Source of the DNA: a bacterium
GTDB lineage: Bacteria > Babelota > Babeliae > Babelales > UBA12409
Direction of reading: 5' to 3'
Length of the DNA: 64,000 bases
Assembly (NCBI GenBank): GCA_018660415.1
Contig: JABJKG010000006.1
Span: 142,448-206,447 of the forward strand
Each line of letters starts with the position of its first letter. Position 1 is the stretch's first letter. This document shows, piece after piece, positions 40,795 through 48,498 of the stretch. The translations under genes and the position numbers were made by a program. A model generated the notes under the pieces. That model worked only from the letters and a program-made list of their open reading frames with translations, had not been told where the DNA came from and ran no database searches.

Positions 40795-40930
40795 TTATAG
40801 GCTTGTTATTGCACTTTTTGCCAATTCAGGTACACTATATTTGTATTATTTGTTAAATCTTGCTTTTTGTAAATTGGGGTGGCCATATGGCCTGAAAAGC
40901 AATAGTTAAAACCCTGAAGGGAAATTTTCG

Positions 40931-41965
40931 ATGATTGATTTTAGAGATTTAGTAAAACACGGCATTCACTTCGGTCACCAAACTAGTAAATGGTGTCCAA
41001 AAATGGCTCCTTATATCTGGGGACATAAAAACGGAATTCACCTTATTGACGTTTCCAAGTCAGCATTTGCTATGGATCAAGCAGCAAAATTCTTAGAATC
41101 TGTTGTAGCTGAAGGTAAGACTGTCTTATGGGTGGGTACTAAAAAATCTGCTCAAAAAGTTATTGGCGATGCTGGTAAAAAACTTAACATGCCAAGCGTA
41201 ACCTATCGTTGGATTGGTGGAACATTAACCAATCACTCACAAGTTAAAAAATCTGTAACCAAGTTGTTACATTATGAAGATATTATTGAAAAATCAGATG
41301 ATTTTTCTTACACCAAAAAAGAACTTAATGTTTTTGGTAAGTTGGTAGAAAGATTACAACGTACTGTTGGTGGAATCAGGACATTGAAGATGCCTTTGGG
41401 CGCAGTTGTGTTAGTAGACGTTCGTAAAGAAGATACTGCATTACGTGAAGCAAATATTGCTGGAATTCCTGTAGTTTCTCTTGTTGATACTAACAGTGAT
41501 CCATCATTGGTAGATTATATCATTCCTGCTAATGATGATTCTCCTAAGTCTATTCAGTTCGTTATTGAGCACTTAGTTAAGGCTGTTGAATCTGGAAAAG
41601 AGCAAGCTGATAAAGTAATGGCTGAAAAGAAAAAAGTTGCTGCTGAAAAGGCTGCAAAAGCAAAAGAAACAGCTGTTCCAAAAGCTGCTGCAAAGAAAGC
41701 TCCAGTTAAAGCTGCTGCAAAAGCGCCAGCTAAAGCTGCTGCCAAAGCACCAGTAAAGGCTGCTGATAAAAAAGAAGCTGCACCTAAGAAGGAAGCGGTT
41801 AAAAAGGCTGCTCCTAAGGCTGCTCCTAAAAAGACAACTGAAGCTCCTAAGGAAGCTGAAGTAAAGGCTGCTGATAAAAAAGAAGCTGCACCTAAGAAAG
41901 AAGCGGTTAAAAAGGCTGCTCCTAAGGCTGCTCCTAAAAAGACAGAATCAACAGATAAAAAATAA
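40931..41965 (+). CDS. rpsB: 30S ribosomal protein S2 with a ~100-aa Lys/Ala/Pro-rich C-terminal extension
   Basis: The S2 core is LVKHGIHFGHQTSKWCPKMAPYIWG ... GIPVVSLVDTNSDPSLVDYIIPANDDS. The tail is AEKKKVAAEKAAKAKETAVPKAAAKKAPVKAAAKAPAKAAAK... and includes a duplicated 28-aa unit. Confidence 0.93.
   Translation: MIDFRDLVKHGIHFGHQTSKWCPKMAPYIWGHKNGIHLIDVSKSAFAMDQAAKFLESVVAEGKTVLWVGTKKSAQKVIGDAGKKLNMPSVTYRWIGGTLTNHSQVKKSVTKLLHYEDIIEKSDDFSYTKKELNVFGKLVERLQRTVGGIRTLKMPLGAVVLVDVRKEDTALREANIAGIPVVSLVDTNSDPSLVDYIIPANDDSPKSIQFVIEHLVKAVESGKEQADKVMAEKKKVAAEKAAKAKETAVPKAAAKKAPVKAAAKAPAKAAAKAPVKAADKKEAAPKKEAVKKAAPKAAPKKTTEAPKEAEVKAADKKEAAPKKEAVKKAAPKAAPKKTESTDKK
41753..41944 (+). repeat. Two copies of an 84-nt direct repeat (108-nt period) inside the rpsB tail
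   Basis: The unit gtaaaggctgctgataaaaaagaagctgcacctaagaa.gaagcggttaaaaaggctgctcctaaggctgctcctaaaaagaca occurs at 41753-41836 and 41861-41944 with a single mismatch. Confidence 0.9.
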
Positions 41966-41972
41966 ACTGTTG

Positions 41973-42064
41973 GGAGAGGTGTCTGAGTGGTCGAAAGAGC
42001 ACGATTGGAAATCGTGTATGTCTCGAAAGGGGCATCGAGGGTTCGAATCCCTCTCTCTCCACCA
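41973..42064 (+). tRNA. tRNA-Ser (GGA), long variable arm, CCA encoded
   Basis: Hand fold: acceptor GGAGAGG/TCTCTCC (one G-U pair), anticodon stem with loop TTGGAAA, a long variable arm, T arm GAGGG-TTCGAAT-CCCTC, then A-CCA. Confidence 0.88.
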
Positions 42065-42077
42065 GAATTGATTAAAA

Positions 42078-42168
42078 GCTTGGGAAGCTCTAAGAATCGA
42101 TATGCTTTATTTTGTCAGGTCCGAGAGGAAGCAGCAAGGGGTATATTGGTTTTGTAGGCTTCCCTTTT
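42078..42168 (+). ncRNA. ffs: Small (4.5S-type) signal recognition particle RNA
   Basis: It contains the conserved domain IV core GTCAGGTCCGAGAGGAAGCAGCAAGG, with a GNRA-type GAGA tetraloop. The closing helix is GGGAAGC (42082-42088) paired with GCTTCCC (42158-42164), followed by a T-run. It sits immediately upstream of dnaX, as in many bacteria. The ends are approximate. Confidence 0.8.
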
Positions 42169-42228
42169 TTTATGGAGAAGTAATCGTTGGTGAGTTTGTT
42201 CAAGTACCTAGTCTAAAGTGAGCTTATT

Positions 42229-43938
42229 ATGAATAAGACATATCTCAATCTGGCCCGTAAATGGCGTTCAAAAAACTTTGACCAAATAATAGGTCAAGAT
42301 TTGTCTGTGCGCATGATCAAGAACACCTTGTATTTGAATCATTTTTTTCCTGTTTACCTTTTTGCAGGACAGCGTGGTTGTGGAAAAACCTCTACGGCTC
42401 GTGTATTTGCTGCTGCTATCAATTGTGAGATGTTAAGTGAGTTTCAGAAGGATCCTCGTAAGACAGTACTACCGTGCTTTGTCTGTACATCTTGTAAAGC
42501 TATGGAAGAAGGTAATCACCCTGATTTTATCGAAATGGATGCTGCATCGCATACCGGTGTTGATAATGTACGTCAGATTATTGAAGCGGCTTCATTACTC
42601 CCTTTGTTGGGTCGTAAAAAGGTTTATTTAATTGATGAAGCGCACATGTTAAGCAAGGCTGCCTTTAATGCGTTTTTAAAAATATTAGAAGAGCCTCCGG
42701 CATCAGTGTTATTTATCTTGGCTACCACTGACGATAAAAAAATTATAGAAACTGTTCGTTCTCGTTGTTTCCAACTTTTTTTTAGAGCAATTGCTCAACA
42801 AGACTTACATAAATTATTGGTTTCAGTCTGTGAAAAAGAAGAGATTGGTTTTGATGAGGCTGGCCTACAGTTATTGATTCGTGAAACTGAAGGTTCTGCT
42901 CGTGATGCGCTTAATTTATTAGAGCAGGTTCGTTTTTCTAGTGATAAGGTAACAGAAGAACAGGTATTGCGAGTATTGGGTTCTATTAGTGACGATCAGA
43001 TTTGTACTTTAACTAACCATATAATTTCATCTAATGATTCATCACCACAGTCATTAATTTCATATATAGCCACTCTCAAGTTAGAAACATTTGCTCCTGA
43101 GATTGTTTGGCAACGATTCATGCTTGTGTTGAAGATGATTGTGTGGCAAAAATATGGGGCCCCTGTTGCCAATATTTCGATGACCGAGGAGTTAAAGTCT
43201 ACACTGGCAAAAGTACCCTTAAAAGTCATGATCTCGCTCTTTCATTTTTGCTGCCAGCAAGAGCAACTGTTTTTAAAATCTGTAGATAAACATTTGTTCT
43301 TATCTATGTTTTGGGTTCGTATTTGGGCTATTGCACATAGTCAGGCATCAGTTGGAGATGTAAAGGCTACTCCTGTTAAGACAGAACCGCCAGTACCGCA
43401 AAAAAAAACAGTTGACCGTGTTGTGCCTCAACCGGCTGCACCGGTAGCTGTAAGTCGTACAGAGCATCCCAATGAATGGGCAGCGTTTTTAGAAAGTGTT
43501 GCCAAGATTGACGATCAGCTAGTGGTTTCATTGTTTGCTCAGGCAAAGCTCAAGGCGCATGATAAAGCTTCGGGATTATTAGAGGTGGTTTTTCTTAAGA
43601 AGTTTGAACTGTTTCAGGATATTTTTAGTAGAAAAGAATCAGAGTGGTTTGCGATATTGAAATCGGTGTTTGGCGATAATGTTCAGTTAGAGCCTATTTT
43701 TGAAGAGAGTAGTAAGGCGCAGCCGCAAGCGCCAGCAGTGTCTAAGTCTGTTGCAAAGCAGGCTATGCCAGAAGCGCCAGTTAAAAAAGTTTTTTATCAA
43801 TCAAATAATAAAGTATCAGTAACAAATAAAGATGTTCCTCTGGATGTTTCAGATAAAGCTACATGGGCAATGACTCATTCTTTACTAGAGCACTTTCCTG
43901 GAACGGTTACCGAATTCAAGGAGGATGGGGATGAATAA
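42229..43938 (+). CDS. dnaX: DNA polymerase III subunit gamma/tau
   Basis: It has YLFAGQRGCGKTSTARVFAAAINC (Walker A), a zinc module CFVCTSCKAM, VYLIDEAHML (Walker B) and SRCFQLFF (sensor). The C-terminal region is Pro/Ala-rich. Confidence 0.93.
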   Translation: MNKTYLNLARKWRSKNFDQIIGQDLSVRMIKNTLYLNHFFPVYLFAGQRGCGKTSTARVFAAAINCEMLSEFQKDPRKTVLPCFVCTSCKAMEEGNHPDFIEMDAASHTGVDNVRQIIEAASLLPLLGRKKVYLIDEAHMLSKAAFNAFLKILEEPPASVLFILATTDDKKIIETVRSRCFQLFFRAIAQQDLHKLLVSVCEKEEIGFDEAGLQLLIRETEGSARDALNLLEQVRFSSDKVTEEQVLRVLGSISDDQICTLTNHIISSNDSSPQSLISYIATLKLETFAPEIVWQRFMLVLKMIVWQKYGAPVANISMTEELKSTLAKVPLKVMISLFHFCCQQEQLFLKSVDKHLFLSMFWVRIWAIAHSQASVGDVKATPVKTEPPVPQKKTVDRVVPQPAAPVAVSRTEHPNEWAAFLESVAKIDDQLVVSLFAQAKLKAHDKASGLLEVVFLKKFELFQDIFSRKESEWFAILKSVFGDNVQLEPIFEESSKAQPQAPAVSKSVAKQAMPEAPVKKVFYQSNNKVSVTNKDVPLDVSDKATWAMTHSLLEHFPGTVTEFKEDGDE

Positions 43939-45265
43939 GTTACCTAAGGTTGTCATAGTTGGAAGAACCAATGTTGGTAAATCCAGTTTGTTTAACAGAA
44001 TTTCAAATCGAACAAAGAGTATTATCTTAAATGAAACTGGTGTGACCAGGGATTATTTAAAAGACGCTATCACTCATGACGGTATTTCATTTGATCTTAT
44101 TGATACAGGTGGTTTATGTGCTCAAGCAGAGCATGATTCTATTTTGGCAGCTATTCGTACGCAAGCGTTGGGCTTGATTGAAAAGGCGCAAGTTGTGGTA
44201 TTTGTTGTTGATGGTACGATTGGTATCTTGCCAGATGAACAAGAGTTGGCCAAGATGCTCCACAAGCTAGGTATTCCTGTTGTTTTAGCGGTTAATAAGG
44301 TTGACGTTAAAGAGACGCAAGAGAATTTATATCAATTTGATCGATTTGGCTTTGAGCATATTGTTCCTGTATCGGCTACGCATGGTACCGGTATATCTGA
44401 AGTGTTATCTTCTGTTACCGATATTCTCAAAGAACGTCCTTTAGAAGAAGAAGAGGAACGAGTTCGTCCAGAATATAAGGTAGTAATTTTAGGGAAGCCT
44501 AATGTTGGAAAATCATCCTTGATGAATATTTTAACGCAAGACGAGCGGTCGTTGGTAGCAGATCAAGCTGGAACTACTCGAGAATCTATTGCTGAACCAA
44601 TCGTGTTTGAAAAATCTACATTGGAGTTGGTTGATACGGCTGGAGTACGACGTAAAAAAACTATTAAGACTGATATAGAATCTTTGATGGTTAAAAGTTC
44701 ACTGGCGTCAGTCCGGACTTCTGATCTGATTCTACTCATGGTTGATGCTAATGAAGGGCAACTTTCTGATCAGGAGCTTAAGCTGGCATTTTATGTGTTT
44801 GAACAAGGTAAGGCTCTTATTTTACTCTTTAATAAATCAGACATTCTTGATGACTATGAAAAAGAACGCTTAGATTCTGAGCTTGAAAAATACCTCTTTT
44901 TCATTAAGCGCTTAGAGTCATTGACTATTTCATGTAAGAGCAAGAAAAATCTGCATAAGTTGTTACCATTGGTAGAAAAGATTTGGCATCGGTATAATCT
45001 CAAAATTCCTTCTGATGAGTTGACCGAGTTGTTTAAACGGATGTTGATGCGTAAGCCATTGTTTAAAAATGAGAAGAAATTAGAGTTGCGAAGAGCTGAC
45101 CAGATTGGTACAGCTCCTATGACTATTAAGTTGTCGGTTAACTACCCTCAGTACTTTGGTGATCGCGAGTTGGCTTTCTTTGAAAATATTTTAAGAAAAA
45201 ATTACGAGCTTAAGTCCGTTCCGGTTATTATTAATGTTCAAGCTCCCAAGAAAAAACACTATTAA
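43925..45265 (+). CDS. der: Ribosome-biogenesis GTPase Der (EngA), tandem G domains plus KH-like domain
   Basis: It has two P-loops (VVIVGRTNVGKSSLFN and VVILGKPNVGKSSLMN), DTGG/DTAG motifs and NKVD/NKSD motifs. It overlaps the dnaX stop by 14 nt. Confidence 0.92.
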   Translation: MGMNKLPKVVIVGRTNVGKSSLFNRISNRTKSIILNETGVTRDYLKDAITHDGISFDLIDTGGLCAQAEHDSILAAIRTQALGLIEKAQVVVFVVDGTIGILPDEQELAKMLHKLGIPVVLAVNKVDVKETQENLYQFDRFGFEHIVPVSATHGTGISEVLSSVTDILKERPLEEEEERVRPEYKVVILGKPNVGKSSLMNILTQDERSLVADQAGTTRESIAEPIVFEKSTLELVDTAGVRRKKTIKTDIESLMVKSSLASVRTSDLILLMVDANEGQLSDQELKLAFYVFEQGKALILLFNKSDILDDYEKERLDSELEKYLFFIKRLESLTISCKSKKNLHKLLPLVEKIWHRYNLKIPSDELTELFKRMLMRKPLFKNEKKLELRRADQIGTAPMTIKLSVNYPQYFGDRELAFFENILRKNYELKSVPVIINVQAPKKKHY

Positions 45266-45276
45266 ATAGGTCCTCT

Positions 45277-45843
45277 ATGAAACTACTTTTTTATTTAAGC
45301 ATCGGGTTATTTCTGGCTATACATGTATATGCAGTTCCTCCATTGCAAAGGTCAAATTCGTGTAAAGAGTTGTCTATGGGAGGGGAGCTGCCAGCATGGT
45401 TTCATAAATATTTAAAAACTCAAAAAAAAAATGGTACTAAGGAGCGGGAAGAGCTTCGACCATGGATAGATTCTTTAGAGTTTTCGCGTACAACACTTAT
45501 GGGGCATGTAGAGCAAGCTTCTCTGTTTATTGGCTCTAATGAGGCAGACACTGCAACGCGTATTCGTACGGTTCGAGATTTTTATGGTGAGAAGCAACCA
45601 GCCTCATTGGAAGGTTTGGTTAAAGGGGGTAATATTCTGGGCTATAGACGCTTTTTGGGACGTAAGGTATCAGTTGGTAATCTTGATTCTACTTTTTATA
45701 CACAAGAGGCTATTATCCATTGCACTCCTTCTATGTTACATACTTTGTCTACTTGTACTGAGGTAATGGGTAACAAAGAAGAAGATCATTCACCTAACGT
45801 AGTTGCATTTTTATTCCACTTGTTTGCTTCTTTATCTAGCTAA
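45277..45843 (+). CDS. Hypothetical secreted protein (family D)
   Basis: It has the signal peptide MKLLFYLSIGLFLAIHVYA. It shares CKELS, PAWF, TQK, FYG, YRRFL and VAFLFHL positions with the next gene. Confidence 0.5.
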   Translation: MKLLFYLSIGLFLAIHVYAVPPLQRSNSCKELSMGGELPAWFHKYLKTQKKNGTKEREELRPWIDSLEFSRTTLMGHVEQASLFIGSNEADTATRIRTVRDFYGEKQPASLEGLVKGGNILGYRRFLGRKVSVGNLDSTFYTQEAIIHCTPSMLHTLSTCTEVMGNKEEDHSPNVVAFLFHLFASLSS

Positions 45844-46437
45844 TTGGTGTGGGTTATAAAAAAGCATTTTTATTTATACATCTTTTTTTTAGTCACTCAA
45901 CTTAATGCGATGGATCCTAAGGTCCAATTACAAGGCACCTGTAAGAATTTATCTATTGTACCCAGAGAATTAGATCAACCAGCATGGTTTCAATTATATA
46001 TAACAACCCAAAAACAAGCCGCTGTGAATCTAGGGCAATCTGTTCATCGTGATTTGCTGGAACATGCACCAGAATCTATCTATAGGGTTTCTTTATTACA
46101 ACATCTAGAGCGTGTTTTTACATTTATAAATAAAAATCCTAACGACCTTGATCGACGTCTTGAAAACATAAATTGTTTTTATGGAGCTACGCAAGCTACA
46201 TTGCCAGTTAATCATGTTTCAGGAATGGAGGTCAATCGATTTAGAAGGTTTTTAGAGCATCAAATGTCTACAGAGCCACTGGGAAATAATGCTCGACAGG
46301 CTACGACTCTTTATGTTATTTCTCCAATGATGTTAAAAACGATACAGGCTTGTAAGTTACTACAAGGACCGGTTTTTGCATCTCGACAAAAAAAGATAGC
46401 AGCTTTTTTGTTTTGCCTCCATGCTGTTTTAGAATAA
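45844..46437 (+). CDS. Hypothetical secreted protein (family D paralog)
   Basis: It starts (TTG or GTG) directly after the stop of the previous gene. The shared positions CKNLS, PAWF, TQK, FYG, FRRFL and AAFLFCL are collinear with 45277..45843. Confidence 0.5.
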   Translation: MVWVIKKHFYLYIFFLVTQLNAMDPKVQLQGTCKNLSIVPRELDQPAWFQLYITTQKQAAVNLGQSVHRDLLEHAPESIYRVSLLQHLERVFTFINKNPNDLDRRLENINCFYGATQATLPVNHVSGMEVNRFRRFLEHQMSTEPLGNNARQATTLYVISPMMLKTIQACKLLQGPVFASRQKKIAAFLFCLHAVLE

Positions 46438-46524
46438 TTTATAGGTGGTGAATAAAAATTATCTGAGTATAGTTGATAGATAGAAATGGAAAACTATTAG
46501 TCATCAAGTTAGGAGATTTTTACT

Positions 46525-46857
46525 GTGGAAAAAAGAATTACCTTTAAAGGAATGGATCATTCTGTATCTATTGAAAACTTCATAAACGATAAACTAGCAA
46601 AGATAGAAAAACTATTATTGAAAGAAAAAGGTCCAATTTTTTTTGATATTGTGATGAACATGGAGCATAGCAGTAAATTGTCGGATGTAGAAATACGTAT
46701 TAACGGTCCGCACTTTAGTCTTGTTGCGCATGATCAAGAGCGGGAAATGTATAGCGCTATTGAAAAAACCATTGATAAGATGGCCAAAGAAATCACCAAG
46801 ATGAAAGACAAGCGTCGTGATGAAGAACGCAATGGTGATTCTTACAAGAGTGCATAG
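46525..46857 (+). CDS. hpf: Ribosome hibernation promoting factor / RaiA family (short form)
   Basis: The 110-aa protein reads ITFKGMDHSVSIENFINDKLAKIEKLL ... EMYSAIEKTIDKMAKEITKMKDKRRD. It starts at a GTG. Confidence 0.75.
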   Translation: MEKRITFKGMDHSVSIENFINDKLAKIEKLLLKEKGPIFFDIVMNMEHSSKLSDVEIRINGPHFSLVAHDQEREMYSAIEKTIDKMAKEITKMKDKRRDEERNGDSYKSA

Positions 46858-46909
46858 TTGATCGAATTGTTTTTTATTTATGTTTTTGATATATTATATC
46901 TAATGGTGT

Positions 46910-46985
46910 GGGGCTATAGCTCAGCTGGTAGAGCGCATGGATGGCATTCATGAGGCCACCGGTTCGACCCCGGTTAGCTCCACCA
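46910..46985 (+). tRNA. tRNA-Ala (GGC), CCA encoded
   Basis: The acceptor GGGGCTA/TAGCTCC includes the G3-U70 identity pair. The anticodon stem CATGG/TCATG closes the loop ATGGCAT. The T arm is ACCGG-TTCGACC-CCGGT. Confidence 0.88.
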
Positions 46986-47013
46986 TTATTTTCTATCTAT
47001 TCGCAGGATGATG

Positions 47014-48387
47014 TCAATCTTCTACCTCTTCCCATGTTTCTACTTCATCTGATTCATAGCCACGAGAAGGGTTCAACATTTTTTCTATTTGTTGACGCAG
47101 CCATAATGCATACTCATGCTTACATTTTAATTGCATTGCTGCATGGGGGTTACCAGCATTTGAAACTTCCCATAACGAGCTATTAAGGACAACCCGTTGG
47201 AGGTTACGTATGGATTCAATATCTACATCAGGATCATCAGTACCATGCACCAATGCTAGTAGTACTTCTGGTGGGAAGTTAGCCATACGTCCGTTAAGAA
47301 GATTGCGTTCAGCTTCTACCTTTGTAAAACCACGTTTTAATAGGGTCTGATAAACCGCACTAAGAAAATAGTAGTAGATTCCATTGTTCCATCCCTTCAT
47401 ATGGTTGCGAGCAACATTATATCCTACTTCTTCCATAGTTGCCCAAGCACTATCTATAAGCGCTCCTGGTATGTGTAAATCGGCAATACGTTCTTCCTCT
47501 TGAAGTAGGAGTAATGCATTGATTGAGTGAAAGCCTCCTGAGCAAGTACCGTAGGGAATATTTGCAAGATCAGGATGTTGTTGATGCATCCATGCTAGTG
47601 CTGCCATGATATCAAGTGGCTCACCTTCAGCATACTTAGTTTCCCAAAGACTTCTTTTTAAGCTTCCTTCACTTGGACCATGCCCACGTGCGTAAATAAA
47701 GAGAAGGTTGCACCAGTCTGGAAAACTGTCGTATAGCGTGGCCATCCCCATGGGATTACCAGGAATGAATCCACATGAAATTGCAATATTGCATCGCGCT
47801 TCCTCACCACGATCTTTCCATAAACCAGCAATCTTTAAGTTATCTCGGGTGGTAAACTCTACAGGTTCAAACCCTTCTTCTTTTATAAGATCTTCTCGAA
47901 CCTGTCCAAAGTTTCTTAAATATTTGGTATTAAAACGTTTTCCATTTTGCCATTTTATTAGTTCATCAAGCCGGTTGTCTTTTGCCGGCATAACCTTTCC
48001 CTCAGCTACCATCCTATACACACCTGCACTCATTTCGGTCAAGTTTGCGGGAGGTTCGTCATTCATCAGTGCAAAAACTGAATTCATTGGGTCCAGATTT
48101 GTAGGGGGCTTGTATAGGGTTGGATATTTTGCTGTAGGATTGCGATAATTTAGTTGTGTAACAAGAAGGTCGTCAAAGGGGTGACTTCCAGGAGGTTGGA
48201 TCCGAGGCATAGAAGAGGGCATAGATTCTGCTACAAGGAGAGAAAGTGCATCATTTCGGGCTCTAGCATGTGGGGAGCGACGATTCGAATGAGGATTGCG
48301 AAGATCAAGATTTGTAGAAGGAGCTTCCATGCAACTCAGGCCGGTCGAAATCAGGAGCATCAGTGCAATAATTTTATTTTGTATCAT
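47014..48387 (-). CDS. Secreted alpha/beta-fold hydrolase with Cys at the nucleophile elbow (dienelactone-hydrolase-like GxCxGG)
   Basis: I placed the start at MIQNKIIALMLLISTGLSC. The protein has LLFIYARGHGPSEG and the elbow PYGTCSGGFHS, where Cys sits at the usual Ser position. Further on are LVHGTDDPDVD and a late His (NAGNPHAA). Confidence 0.55.
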   Translation of the reverse strand: MIQNKIIALMLLISTGLSCMEAPSTNLDLRNPHSNRRSPHARARNDALSLLVAESMPSSMPRIQPPGSHPFDDLLVTQLNYRNPTAKYPTLYKPPTNLDPMNSVFALMNDEPPANLTEMSAGVYRMVAEGKVMPAKDNRLDELIKWQNGKRFNTKYLRNFGQVREDLIKEEGFEPVEFTTRDNLKIAGLWKDRGEEARCNIAISCGFIPGNPMGMATLYDSFPDWCNLLFIYARGHGPSEGSLKRSLWETKYAEGEPLDIMAALAWMHQQHPDLANIPYGTCSGGFHSINALLLLQEEERIADLHIPGALIDSAWATMEEVGYNVARNHMKGWNNGIYYYFLSAVYQTLLKRGFTKVEAERNLLNGRMANFPPEVLLALVHGTDDPDVDIESIRNLQRVVLNSSLWEVSNAGNPHAAMQLKCKHEYALWLRQQIEKMLNPSRGYESDEVETWEEVED

Positions 48388-48498
48388 GTGGATATTCCTG
48401 TATGTAAGTCTAGATATTCTGATTGAATTTTTTATATACCTTAGAAATATGATATAGTATTTCAGCAAACATTCAAACTAGAAAAAGAGATAGATATT

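Noticed and set aside
41554-41745. 63-aa minus-strand ORF (AAALAGAFAAAL...)
   Set aside because: It is an antisense artefact of the GCT/AAA-rich tail of rpsB.
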